Source of the DNA: Desulfurococcaceae archaeon
GTDB lineage: Archaea > Thermoproteota > Thermoprotei_A > Sulfolobales > Desulfurococcaceae
DNA: 62,933 nt
Direction of reading: 5' to 3'
NCBI GenBank assembly: GCA_038888155.1
Contig: JAWAJB010000005.1
Location: 1 to 62,933 of the forward strand
Under the pieces are notes generated by a model that was not told the origin of the DNA, did no database searches, and worked only from the letters and a program-made list of their open reading frames with translations. Position numbers and translations under genes: made by a program. Of this stretch, positions 51,390 through 61,843 are shown in pieces (the stretch's first letter is position 1; every line of letters begins with the position of its first letter).

Positions 51390-51893
51390 CTATTGTTCTT
51401 CGGGAACACATTTCTCTTTGAGTCTCTTGTGGATTTCTTCCGCCCATCTAGGTACCTTAATTTCAGTAATTAACCTACCATAGTCATAAGGCTTTATATC
51501 TAATACAGGTGTTCCATCAAATACATCTATACCATCTACGAATATCTTGCATCCCTCAACCTTTACTACCCTTACTATAGACAACCCGATAGTGTTGGGT
51601 CTATGAGGACTATCGGTCGAGAAAACTCCTACCTCAGGAAGATCGTTTATATCAATTCCCATCTTTAATAACCGCCTATGCTTTACCTTGAGAACTCGCC
51701 TTTGTTCCTCACCGACTTTGTGTAAATATGTAATCAGAATAATGTGAGAGAAGCCCTCGAGATCTGAAATGCCAGCAACGTACTCAGGCAATATTTCAAT
51801 GTATCCGCTAACTCCTCTAGGGTAGCTCTTTACCTCTTCGTCACTATAGGTATGTTTAACGAACCCAATAGGCTTAAAGCATATCTCCATCAT
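51390..51893 (-). CDS. tsaA: TsaA/TrmO-like tRNA t6A N6-methyltransferase (SAM-binding UPF0066)
   Basis: KPIG, GFSHI, GVFST.SPHRPN.IG, DGTPVLDIKPY. Confidence 0.88.
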   Translation of the reverse strand: MMEICFKPIGFVKHTYSDEEVKSYPRGVSGYIEILPEYVAGISDLEGFSHIILITYLHKVGEEQRRVLKVKHRRLLKMGIDINDLPEVGVFSTDSPHRPNTIGLSIVRVVKVEGCKIFVDGIDVFDGTPVLDIKPYDYGRLITEIKVPRWAEEIHKRLKEKCVPEEQ

Positions 51894-52062
51894 TACACCC
51901 TAATAGAACGGTGCAACTATGCCGCTTTCAAACACAATTATTCTAAGCAGTTTACGCTTAAAATAGGTTAACCTCTTTCTATGGCGAGAATTTCAATTGA
52001 GTGCTTGAAAGAACTGAAGGTATTTATTTACCCTCTGGAATCATTATTAATGGGGTAATTAT

Positions 52063-53202
52063 ATGAGCAGGTCTCTCCTAATTGCCATGTTAGCAGTTGT
52101 TGTAATTGTAATTGGCGTAATCGCCTACCAAGCCTATCAACCCGCAACAACCCCTACGCCAACGCAAACTCAAACCCCAACACTTACACCAACAACTCCT
52201 ATCACTACAACTACTCCAACAACTACGCCCTTAACTAAGATAACACTGCAGTGGGGGACAGCTTCTGTAGGAAGTGCGGGGTATGTTACGTTATCGCTAA
52301 TAGCCGAAGTAGTAAATAGAAACATGCCCGACCTTGAAGTAGTGGTGGTTCCAACAGCGGGTGCCGTAGCCAGTATAAAGTCTTATACTACATATCAGTT
52401 GGACGGCTGTTACGCGTCAACGCCTTCGTTTACAGAGCTTTACACGCTCACTGGAAGGTTTGCAGGCTTCCAGCCACAGAGATATCCTCTTCAGACTTTC
52501 TGGGTGTTCACAAATGAGGTAACCATAGCAATACACCAACGCAATTTAGGTAAGTACAAGTGCTGGGCTGACTTAAACGGAACTAAGATGTTTACTGGCC
52601 CAATGGGATGGGACGTCGGTGTAGCGCTTAGAACAGCCCTCAGCCTATTAAATATATCATACGAGCACATTGAGTTAGACTGGGCTATGCTCGCTGATGC
52701 GTTGGAAAGAGGCACTGTTGAGGCGACAATTTTGTACACCAACGGTAGATATGGGATCACAGATTTCTTTAGACAACTCGAGCTAGGCGCTCCAATCGCC
52801 ATATTGAATCCGTGCCCTAACGAGCTAGCTACACTAAAGGAAAGGGCGCCAGGAACAGGCATAATATATGTAGCCGAAAACTATGTAGATCCAAAGCAGG
52901 TTTTCACTACCGACGTTAAGCTGAACTATGGAACCAAAATGTCTGCAGTAGCATTCTTCTATGGCTTCCACGTGGGGCCTGAAGTATCTGAAGATGTTGT
53001 ATATAGATTTATTAAGACTTTAGAGGCAAAGGCAGGTGAGCTAGCTAATTTAAACCCTATGTTAAGGTTGCTTTCCGAGGACTTTATTGGATTACAGGCT
53101 GGAGGAATCGAGGCCAATAAGAATGTACCAGTGCATCCAGGACTTGCGAAGTACATGAAGGAGCGCGGTATATGGAACAATGAGTGGAGGGTTGGGAGTT
53201 AG
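52063..53202 (+). CDS. TAXI-family TRAP solute-binding protein with Pro/Thr linker
   Basis: TM anchor, PT-rich linker, GTASVGSAGY, TAGAVA, VSEDVVY, PVHPG.AKY.KERG.W. Confidence 0.85.
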   Translation: MSRSLLIAMLAVVVIVIGVIAYQAYQPATTPTPTQTQTPTLTPTTPITTTTPTTTPLTKITLQWGTASVGSAGYVTLSLIAEVVNRNMPDLEVVVVPTAGAVASIKSYTTYQLDGCYASTPSFTELYTLTGRFAGFQPQRYPLQTFWVFTNEVTIAIHQRNLGKYKCWADLNGTKMFTGPMGWDVGVALRTALSLLNISYEHIELDWAMLADALERGTVEATILYTNGRYGITDFFRQLELGAPIAILNPCPNELATLKERAPGTGIIYVAENYVDPKQVFTTDVKLNYGTKMSAVAFFYGFHVGPEVSEDVVYRFIKTLEAKAGELANLNPMLRLLSEDFIGLQAGGIEANKNVPVHPGLAKYMKERGIWNNEWRVGS

Positions 53203-53349
53203 CGCAGATAACTTTAATTAACTATTGCCCGATAAGTGTCTCAACCAAAATAATCTGATTTTTTGTCTTGCATCATAGCGAATTCACGAGCTATAAATAC
53301 TAATGCACGCCTAATTATATCATGAGATTTCCTCCCACGGGGTGGCTGT

Positions 53350-55353
53350 ATGAGTAAAGGGGGAGAAAGGGAAGAGAGGGTTATTGCACTCTATAAACAC
53401 TTGAGGACTTTGACACTTTTGCTTTACTCAAGCTGCATTCTATACTACCTCACGACAGGGTGGGAGGGGGCAAGGAAGTTCATGGTTTTAATGATCCCGC
53501 TTTCAATTGTCCTGTGGGTTGCCGATTCTCTGTCTAGAGGCGAGAGATTAATCCCAAAAATAAAAAACATATATGTCAACTCAGCTATAGGTCTCACTTT
53601 TATCTTTATAGCGCTAGCATCTTGGTACTACTTAAACGCCAACTTCTGGGACTTAGTTAGTATAAGAATGGGGTTCTATACGGATATAGATTTAATAGTC
53701 GGCGGTCTACTGTCCTTGCTCGTTCTCTGGTACGGTGCACTAAAGTACCCAATAATATTTGTTATTGTGGTTTTCTTCATTATACATGTATTGTACGGCA
53801 GATTTTTTCCGGGAATTCTCTACCACCCCGGTATTTCGTTTCAGAGAATGGTCGCGGCTTTTAGCGTAGACTTCTCCACCGGTATATTTGAGAGCTTACC
53901 ACAGATAGGTGCAACTATTATAAGCGCTTTTATGCTATTAGTTGGAATCATAAATGGGTTCGGTGTAGTCCGTTCAATTAATAATATAGTGGTAGCTAAA
54001 CTTCATAAACGACCAGAGCTCATACCTCAATCCAATATTCTCGTTGGGACCCCTATAGGTATGGTAACTGGAAGCGCGGGCGCAGCTACAGCCACTGTTG
54101 GGAGCGTGACTGTTCCCCTCATAAAAAGCTTAGGCATTACGTTGCCAGCTGCGGCTGCCATGGCAGCTGCCTCGGGAATTGGGGCCCAGCTGATGCCTCC
54201 AGTTATGGGGGCCTCTGCTTTCATTATGGCAGATGCTTTGGGTGTATCGTATTTCGATGTAATGATAAGGGGATTTATTCCAGCGCTCGTTTATTTTGGC
54301 GGCATATCTGTAGCCATGTTCTATTTAACTCTTAGAAGTGTAAAGAAGAGTACCTCTAAGTTGAATGTAAGTAGCGGAAGACCCGGCAATGAGTCCTCAT
54401 TAATTTCTAGTAAGGCTTATCGTTTAGACTATGTTAATACTGCTATTTTCGCAATGGGAATTGGCTTTTTAGTTATACTAATGGCATACTGGGTTTATGC
54501 ACCTATAGCTGCGCTCAGAGCTGCTCTGTTTGTGCTTGGGCTTCTTGTAATAACAAAAGCAGTATACAACTTCGGCAGAGCTAAAAGGGAGACTAGCATT
54601 AAATTGACAACTAGCGAAGTAATCGGCAGTTTGTGGAAGAGCTTGAACTTCTTTGCAGTTGAAACTTGTAATATCACTTTACTCTTATCGTTCTTGGCAC
54701 TCCTTAAGGTTCTGCTTACAATAACTGGCCTTTCTTTCAAAGTGGGATTTGCTATAGTATCCGCATCAGGAGGAAACGTTTACCTAGCCGCTCTCTTAAC
54801 GTATTTATTTGGGTATCTCTTGGGAACAGGTATTCCTCCCGCGGGAACATATGTAATAATGTTTCCAATAGTAGTTCCCGCACTAATGCGATTAGGCGTC
54901 CCAGCGTGGGCAGCACATTTCGCGACCTTTTTTGCAGGAGTTCACGCAGAGTTTGCGCCTCCTATGTCAGTTTCTGCTGCGACAATTTCAAGGGTAGCAC
55001 AGGTCCCGTACACATCGGTTCTCAAGGAGCTTGTTAAAATGGGAATAGGTTTGCCCATATTGATACTCGTCACTCCCATAAAGCCAGAGCTAGTTATACA
55101 GCCGGGCATCAATCAGATTATAAGTGGCCTCGTAATTGGATTGGGCATAATAGGCTTGGAGTCAGTAGCGTATTGGGATCTCCATCGCTCGAAGCCCATC
55201 AATTTACTACTTAAATGCATTTTAGCGACGGGGTCTGTAATGACGATATTCACTAAAGGCTTCTACGAGCTTTTAGGGTTGTTGATAACATCACCGTTAG
55301 TAATTTATTCGTTAATTACAGCGTTTAGGACATACAGATCGACTGGAAAGTGA
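53350..55353 (+). CDS. TRAP transporter fused DctQM permease (TAXI type)
   Basis: GMVTGSAGA..ATVG..T.P, AASG.GAQLMPPVMGA.AF.MA, LGTG.P, PP motifs. Confidence 0.9.
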   Translation: MSKGGEREERVIALYKHLRTLTLLLYSSCILYYLTTGWEGARKFMVLMIPLSIVLWVADSLSRGERLIPKIKNIYVNSAIGLTFIFIALASWYYLNANFWDLVSIRMGFYTDIDLIVGGLLSLLVLWYGALKYPIIFVIVVFFIIHVLYGRFFPGILYHPGISFQRMVAAFSVDFSTGIFESLPQIGATIISAFMLLVGIINGFGVVRSINNIVVAKLHKRPELIPQSNILVGTPIGMVTGSAGAATATVGSVTVPLIKSLGITLPAAAAMAAASGIGAQLMPPVMGASAFIMADALGVSYFDVMIRGFIPALVYFGGISVAMFYLTLRSVKKSTSKLNVSSGRPGNESSLISSKAYRLDYVNTAIFAMGIGFLVILMAYWVYAPIAALRAALFVLGLLVITKAVYNFGRAKRETSIKLTTSEVIGSLWKSLNFFAVETCNITLLLSFLALLKVLLTITGLSFKVGFAIVSASGGNVYLAALLTYLFGYLLGTGIPPAGTYVIMFPIVVPALMRLGVPAWAAHFATFFAGVHAEFAPPMSVSAATISRVAQVPYTSVLKELVKMGIGLPILILVTPIKPELVIQPGINQIISGLVIGLGIIGLESVAYWDLHRSKPINLLLKCILATGSVMTIFTKGFYELLGLLITSPLVIYSLITAFRTYRSTGK

Positions 55354-55639
55354 TCAAAACGTTTTTACGATCATTTGTAGAGCCTTATTTTCCTAGCTCG
55401 GGATGAGTTTTCTCGCTGGCTGTGCTCAATTAATTTAAGGTAAGCTAAACAAAAGATACTGTGAATTTTTTATTTCTCCAATAGCCAATACAGAGCGGCT
55501 ACATAAGCATTTAAGTGCTCGAAAGTGGAATTTATAAATATCCCTTAATGGCATATTTGGAACCCTGGAACATTTTCGAAGAAAAGTAGATTAATCCTAC
55601 AAGCTAAATGTAGAAATTGGTAGGAAGGGCGGGGAGAAT

Positions 55640-56401
55640 ATGGTAGATGTCTCAACTTGGGCTAGAAAGCACGGCACCACGACGAGGTTGTATCTTACAG
55701 ACTCGTACATAAAGAAAACTTTTGCAAGCGTAGCAGATTACATTTGTGAAAGGAATGATCGTTGCTATGTAATACTCGATAAAACCATACTACACCCCAA
55801 GAGTGGGGGGCAATCAAGTGATACAGGAACAATACAGAACAATAACTTAGAGCTCAAGGTGACAAAAGTAATGGAAGTAGATGACGTGCTAGTCCACTAT
55901 GGTAAGCTATTAAGCGGAGAACTTAACGTAGGAGAAAGAGTCGGCGTTTTAGTTGATTGGGAACAGAGATACAATATCATGAAGAACCACACAGCCGGTC
56001 ACATAATCGACTATGCATTGCTGTTAACGTATAAAAGGAATGTAAATACTTTTGAAGCAAGCCATGGACCCAGCGAATCGTATGTTGCTTATGAAGCTGA
56101 TATGCCAAGCGCGGAGATGCTCAGAGAGATAGAGTTGCTTGCAAATAAGATCACCAAAGAGGCGAGAGAAGTTAAAGCTATTTGGGTTCCACGTAAGGAC
56201 TTACAAGGAGTTTTGTACAATGCTCCAAATCTATTAAGGTTACCTGAGAGGGACTTTTATAGAGTTGTCGAGATTCAAGGGATAAATGCAATGCCCTGCA
56301 CTGGAACACATGTGAAAAACACGGGCGAAATTAAAGAGATTAAAATCACCAAAGCTGAACCACATTTAAATGGATACAAGCTTTTCTACATAGCTCGCTG
56401 A
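55640..56401 (+). CDS. alaXM: AlaX-M alanyl-tRNA editing protein
   Basis: LYLTDSY, HPKSGGQ.SD.G, HTAGH, CTGTHV Zn ligands. Confidence 0.88.
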   Translation: MVDVSTWARKHGTTTRLYLTDSYIKKTFASVADYICERNDRCYVILDKTILHPKSGGQSSDTGTIQNNNLELKVTKVMEVDDVLVHYGKLLSGELNVGERVGVLVDWEQRYNIMKNHTAGHIIDYALLLTYKRNVNTFEASHGPSESYVAYEADMPSAEMLREIELLANKITKEAREVKAIWVPRKDLQGVLYNAPNLLRLPERDFYRVVEIQGINAMPCTGTHVKNTGEIKEIKITKAEPHLNGYKLFYIAR

Positions 56402-56525
56402 GGTCTATTGGCTAAAATGCGCCCCATGTTGGCGAATTTTGCTCACTAGACTATCTAAATAGTTGAGGAACGCTCGCAAATTAAAATTAAGATTTATGAA
56501 AAACGTTAGCTAGTTAATTGTCTAG

Positions 56526-57803
56526 CTAAAATCGCAGTCCCGTAAGGTTTTTCAGTACCTGACCCTCCTTGAGTACTACGACTATGTTTTCCCTGTCTAG
56601 AAGGGCCTTGATATCGTTTAGGGGATTGCTTCTCAACACTATGAGATCTGCGAATTTGCCTGCTTCTATCGTTCCCGTGACTTTTTCTAAGCCAGCCGCC
56701 TCAGCGGCGTGCTTAGTTGCTGATATTATTGCCTCGTGAGATGTCATGCCTAATTTCTCGGTAAATAACAGCAGCTCTAGGGCGTTATCTCCCTGCCTAA
56801 GGGCCTTAACCCCTCCGCAGAAATCTGTTCCTGTAGCTAGCTTGGCGCCACTCCTGTAAGCTTTTCTAACGTTGTTAATATGGGCATCGTATACTTCTCT
56901 GGACTTTTCGAGTCCCCACTTTGGAGTGCCGAGCTCTTCGCCGTATTTTAATATGTGCTCTACTATGGAGAAAGTTGGAACAATAACGGCATTCTTCTCC
57001 TTGGAAAGCTGCGTTCCTTCCTCATCGATATAAATAGCGTGAGCGATAACCTTGACTCCGCCTATGAGGGCGTTAATTATCCCCTTACTACCCTGCGCGT
57101 GGGCGTGGACAAATCTGCCAGCATGTTCAGCCTCCTCTACTATGGCCTTGATCTCCTCGAGCGTGAACTGAATGTACTCGGGTCTGTCTCTCTCGGATAG
57201 AACGCCTCCTGTTGCCATTATCTTGATAAAGTCAGCGCCTTCCCTAAGGGCAAACCTTGCTGCTTTTCTGCACTCCTCCACTCCATCGCATATTAAACTG
57301 CCCCTCCCTAACTTAGTGGTTCTTGCATCAACGTATTCAATCGGCAGGTAGTGTGCATCGCCATGACCAAATGTCTGGCTTAGGCTTAGACCTGCTGTAA
57401 TTACCCGCGGACCAATAATTGTTCCCTCATTAATTGCACGCTTAACTCCGGGTCCTATATAGCCACTACCAGCGTCAACTACTGTTGTGAAACCTGCATC
57501 GATCAACGATTTTAAATCTTGAATAACACGGGCCACTCTTGTCACGAATGGAACTATCAATGGCTCTTTTACCATGTCAAGCGATCTAATTCCGAACAAG
57601 TGCAGGTGAGCGTCTATTAGGCCCGGCATAACAGTGTAGCCCTTTAAGTCAACTACGTTAGCGTTAGAGGGTATATCTGTCGAGCCCTCGCTTCCAACTT
57701 CTTTAATGTAGCGATCTTGGATAATTACCACACCGTTCTCTATGGGGGGCTCATCGGTCCCCTTAATAATTCTCACACTCCTTAGGACTAAGGGTTGAGG
57801 CAT
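56526..57803 (-). CDS. Amidohydrolase (prolidase-like / Xaa-Pro dipeptidase-like subgroup)
   Basis: PGLIDAHLH, GHGD, GADFIKIMATGG, HAHA, AHA, GTD, G.ADL..NPL. Confidence 0.88.
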   Translation of the reverse strand: MPQPLVLRSVRIIKGTDEPPIENGVVIIQDRYIKEVGSEGSTDIPSNANVVDLKGYTVMPGLIDAHLHLFGIRSLDMVKEPLIVPFVTRVARVIQDLKSLIDAGFTTVVDAGSGYIGPGVKRAINEGTIIGPRVITAGLSLSQTFGHGDAHYLPIEYVDARTTKLGRGSLICDGVEECRKAARFALREGADFIKIMATGGVLSERDRPEYIQFTLEEIKAIVEEAEHAGRFVHAHAQGSKGIINALIGGVKVIAHAIYIDEEGTQLSKEKNAVIVPTFSIVEHILKYGEELGTPKWGLEKSREVYDAHINNVRKAYRSGAKLATGTDFCGGVKALRQGDNALELLLFTEKLGMTSHEAIISATKHAAEAAGLEKVTGTIEAGKFADLIVLRSNPLNDIKALLDRENIVVVLKEGQVLKNLTGLRF

Positions 57804-57995
57804 ATATCTACACCTTTCATGCTCAAACGTATATAAAGATTAGAGCTACAAGGTAGTTAATAAACTTTAATAAAATCGCAGGTATCAATACTACGAACTC
57901 AGTCTTTGCTGGCTAACCTTTCAATAGCCATTACGTTGAGGTTTAAGATCTTCGTAAAATAGGTAGCCTGAACATTTGTGTCAAGTCAATATCCC

Positions 57996-59186
57996 TCATA
58001 CATGTCCCTTTACTGTTAGCATAATAAGAAGCGCTGAAAAAGTCAGTAAACTAGTTGCAATACAAGCTACGTATAAGCCGTAAACATCGAACAGATGTCC
58101 TATTAGGGGCGTAGATACGTACGAGCCGTAAATGAAAACGCCTGTAATTCCCATAGCTAGCCCGCGTTCTTTTAAACTAACGAAACTTAGGGGGATTGAG
58201 AACGATGCTGTCACAATTAAACCAACTCCAAAGCCCATAAACGCTGTTATTGCCATTGTCAGGGGGCCTCCATCAACTACAGCATAGAGAATTGTTGAAA
58301 CAAAGGATATTAGTGCCCCTAGCATGAACAAAGGTCGGCGTTTTCCACCCAATATTCTATCAGAGATATATCCAGAGCTTACTTTCGATATCATGGCCCC
58401 TACGCTTATCAATGTGCCGAGATAAGATGAGAGCATATAGTCGCATCCCTTGATCATTCCCCATTTTACAATGTATGTGCTAATAACTGCAATATATCCC
58501 ATGCCCAGGAAAATAGCCAAAGAAGCTAAAAGATATGGGGGTTTTCTCAACAAACTAGTAGCTCTTAATTCTCCACCTTGGGGCCTATGAAGCGGATAAG
58601 GTGACGGACAACTCAACACGAAAAAAGCTGGGATTACTATAGTCAAGCTGAGAGTACCAAATAAAGCGTAGGCGTATCTCCACCCCCAGTTTGACATAAC
58701 CCAGGCAGCTAGAGGGATTTCCCATATAAGCCCTGTATCCATTGCAGTAGTCCATATTCCTAGAGCGATTCCTATCTGCTCCTTAGGAAACCACTCGGAT
58801 AATATCAGCGGTCCAATTGATGTTACAATCCCACCCCCCAGTCCCAGTACAAATTGGCCCATAAGTACAGACCAGTAACTGTGAGATAAGGATATTAAAA
58901 TCCAACCAGTGAATGAAAGCAATACGCCTAGCACTAAACTAATTCTAGTGCCTGCCACGGACGCCATCTTAGCTGCAGGGAGGGAAACCGTTGTTCTCGC
59001 TAACGCCCACACACCTGTTAGTAGTCCGACAGCCATGGCTGAGATCTGGAATACGCTTTGGAAAATAGGTATAGAAGGAGCAATTACGGCCATTTGCGTT
59101 GCTACAACTAATGTGAAAGTTAGGAAACAACACAGAAGAACTCTCCACTTATATCGACTTGATAAACACTTTCCCATTATTTTCAA
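57996..59186 (-). CDS. MFS transporter
   Basis: 12 TM; EWFP..Q.G.A.G, WGWRYAY, GYISDR..GKRR, ERGLAMG. Confidence 0.88.
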   Translation of the reverse strand: MKIMGKCLSSRYKWRVLLCCFLTFTLVVATQMAVIAPSIPIFQSVFQISAMAVGLLTGVWALARTTVSLPAAKMASVAGTRISLVLGVLLSFTGWILISLSHSYWSVLMGQFVLGLGGGIVTSIGPLILSEWFPKEQIGIALGIWTTAMDTGLIWEIPLAAWVMSNWGWRYAYALFGTLSLTIVIPAFFVLSCPSPYPLHRPQGGELRATSLLRKPPYLLASLAIFLGMGYIAVISTYIVKWGMIKGCDYMLSSYLGTLISVGAMISKVSSGYISDRILGGKRRPLFMLGALISFVSTILYAVVDGGPLTMAITAFMGFGVGLIVTASFSIPLSFVSLKERGLAMGITGVFIYGSYVSTPLIGHLFDVYGLYVACIATSLLTFSALLIMLTVKGHV

Positions 59187-59693
59187 CCTTCTTATTCGTA
59201 AACATAAAAATCTAAGCTTACCAAGATTTTAAGCGAGGTTTTTAGGGGAGCATACCCTCGTGTTCGGTTATTGCTGGTGAACGAAAGCACTAATTTTTGT
59301 ATCATAATAGCTTCAGTGCTAATTTTTCAATATGGCGCAAACTGAAAAAGCGCCATTTAAAACACTGAACTTGTAAACCCCATACTCCATATGACATAAG
59401 ATGTCAATATGGATAGCTAAAATAACTGAATTGGTCTAAACATCATAGAGTAAGATCGTTTGTCCCCCAAAAGATGTGTTACCTAAATGCTAACATAACA
59501 AATGCCATCTCATCCGATTAACCGCGTGGAAACTTAACTTGGCAACAAGCCTGCACTAAGAACAAGCTTTCACGAAAGCTACGCGTTTTCTTAAATGGGC
59601 ATAAAATCTAATTTATGTGAAAGGAAAAATGTAAGATTTTTAAGTGCATCAAAAAAGATAATAAGCTTTATGGTTGCGACTTGGTTATAGCTC

Positions 59694-61148
59694 ATGGTGA
59701 TGATAAGAGGCAGTAGCATTATAAAATCGGTCTCTATGCTCCTCTGTCTACTTGGCTTACTAGCTTTATCTGTACCTATAATAGACTTCCTTACTGGTTT
59801 TGAAGTGTGTGTCCCGTTTCTGCTATTATCTTTTGTGTTAACCCCATTGGGCGTAGTGGCTTACGGAGTCAAGGTAGATGAGGGTTTAAATCCCACTGAA
59901 GCCTTGATCTCCTCGTTGTTGGCGTGGGTTCTCTTACCATTAATTTCGGCTATACCACTTTCCGTTGCAACTGGGATAAGCTACGTGGATGCAATATTTG
60001 AGAGCATATCAGGCTTCACAGGAACTGGTTTAACAGTATTGACTGGTCTTGATTACTTAAGGCCTAGCCTCCTATTCTGGAGAGCCTTAATGCAATGGGT
60101 TGGGGAACTGGGTTTCGTTGTATTTGCAATGGTTTTCTTCCCCTTTTTCTACAGGTACGGGTTGCTAATATATGGCATTGAAAGGCCCGTTAGAATCGAG
60201 GCCTCAATGTATAGGACGGCGAGGAGACTTTTTGAAATTTATATAATGTTAACAATAATAGGCGCTTTGTCGCTTTACTACACAGGCATGAACATTTTTG
60301 ATGCATTAGTGCACTCAATGACTGGGATAGCAACAGGGGGTATGAGCAACTACGACGCCAATTACGAAGCCATTTACAGGGCATCGCCATTCACATCAAT
60401 ACCGCTAGTGTTAATCATGGTTCTAGGTGCTACAAATTTTCTCCTCATAGATCGCCTTATGAGAGGGGAGGTCAGCTATATTTTTAATAACGAGGAGTTC
60501 AAGACTTACGTAGTCTTAATACTCTTAATTTCAACTATGTCTTCTGCCAGTTTTATTGCCTCTAATCAACACACTGCTATCCAAGAGGCGCTTGTATCTA
60601 GTGTTTTCAACGCAATCTCGGCGCTGACTACAACTGGGTTCAACATAGGTCCTATTTCAAATCTCCCGTCTGCAACGAAGTTGACCTTAACATTTGGCAT
60701 GGTGGTTGGCGGGATGACTTTCGCGACGGTTGGAGGAATAAAGGTTCTACGCCTCCTAATATTGCTAAAGAAAATTAAGGCAACATCTATAATGCTTGTA
60801 ACAGCTGGTAAAATAGACGTTACCGTAAAGCTTAGCGGAAAAATACTCGAGGACTCAGAGATAGCGTCTGCACTAATACTAGTGTTTCTCCACTTAGTTG
60901 CGATATTCACGGGAGCGTCGGTAATTAAGGCCTTCATGCATGAGCGCGACTTTGTTGATATAATATTCGAGGCAACTTCGGCTGCTAGTTGTGTAGGTCT
61001 ATCTTCTGGAGTTACTTCGCCAGTTGCTCCCCTGGGGGTTAAGGTCACTTTAATGGCGCTCATGGTTCTAGGCAGACTAGAATATCTGCCAGTGTTACTA
61101 CTAGCAGGTTACGTTTTAGGCAGAAAAACCATTAAATTAATAAAATAG
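59694..61148 (+). CDS. trkH: Trk potassium uptake membrane protein
   Basis: Four P-loops FESISGFTGTG, GIATGGMS, SALTTTGF, SAASCVGLS; MVLGRLE. Confidence 0.93.
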   Translation: MVMIRGSSIIKSVSMLLCLLGLLALSVPIIDFLTGFEVCVPFLLLSFVLTPLGVVAYGVKVDEGLNPTEALISSLLAWVLLPLISAIPLSVATGISYVDAIFESISGFTGTGLTVLTGLDYLRPSLLFWRALMQWVGELGFVVFAMVFFPFFYRYGLLIYGIERPVRIEASMYRTARRLFEIYIMLTIIGALSLYYTGMNIFDALVHSMTGIATGGMSNYDANYEAIYRASPFTSIPLVLIMVLGATNFLLIDRLMRGEVSYIFNNEEFKTYVVLILLISTMSSASFIASNQHTAIQEALVSSVFNAISALTTTGFNIGPISNLPSATKLTLTFGMVVGGMTFATVGGIKVLRLLILLKKIKATSIMLVTAGKIDVTVKLSGKILEDSEIASALILVFLHLVAIFTGASVIKAFMHERDFVDIIFEATSAASCVGLSSGVTSPVAPLGVKVTLMALMVLGRLEYLPVLLLAGYVLGRKTIKLIK

Positions 61149-61184
61149 TCCTTGCACATATAGTAAGCCGTAAGCAACGCAGCG

Positions 61185-61841
61185 GTGTTCAAAGTGAAAA
61201 TTCTCATCGTAGGCGGTGGAGAGCTTGCAGAAACGATTGTTCAGCTCATAGGTTCAGAGGGAAATGAAATCATAGTAATTGAGAAAGACGAAGCGAGAAA
61301 AAGAGAGCTAGAAACAAAGTATGACATATTGGTAATTAGGCGCGACGCTACAGACGTGGAAGTTTACACCCGAGAGGTCAAAATGGATGAGATAGACGCC
61401 GTGCTTGCTTTAACAAATAGCGACGAGATTAACATGTTGGTTCTTGCTATTGCAAAACTAAACAACATCCCCATAAGAATTGGAAGGTTTGCCGAAGAGA
61501 AAATAGGAGAGCTTGTCAGAGAGATGGGGCTGGGAATATCTGTAGTTCAGCCAAAGGTCTTAGCTAGCATATTAGCTAACTACATGCTGAGTGTGAGGGC
61601 GCCCCTAACTCTAGGTAAAGTCAACGATTTAAACTTATATTTAGTAGGCGTAACTGAAGGAGATCAAGCGTCTGGTATGAAGATCTCAGAACTTGGCTTA
61701 GACCCTAAGACCTGCAAAGTCATATTGATACTTGACGGAAAGGGTTTTAGGGTTCCAAGCGAAGACGACACGTTGAAGGCCGGAGACTCCGTGTTTATAC
61801 TTGCGCCTAACGATGACTTTGTGAAATACATTAAGGGATAA
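61185..61841 (+). CDS. trkA: Trk regulatory subunit (RCK-N plus RCK-C)
   Basis: IVGGG, VIEKD, DATD, LTNSDEIN, L..GD.V. Confidence 0.88.
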   Translation: MFKVKILIVGGGELAETIVQLIGSEGNEIIVIEKDEARKRELETKYDILVIRRDATDVEVYTREVKMDEIDAVLALTNSDEINMLVLAIAKLNNIPIRIGRFAEEKIGELVREMGLGISVVQPKVLASILANYMLSVRAPLTLGKVNDLNLYLVGVTEGDQASGMKISELGLDPKTCKVILILDGKGFRVPSEDDTLKAGDSVFILAPNDDFVKYIKG

Positions 61842-61843
61842 TC

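Noticed and set aside
52141-52235. Short ACA/CCA-rich repeats as a CRISPR or tandem array
   Set aside because: They encode the ordinary Pro/Thr linker of the TAXI binding protein.
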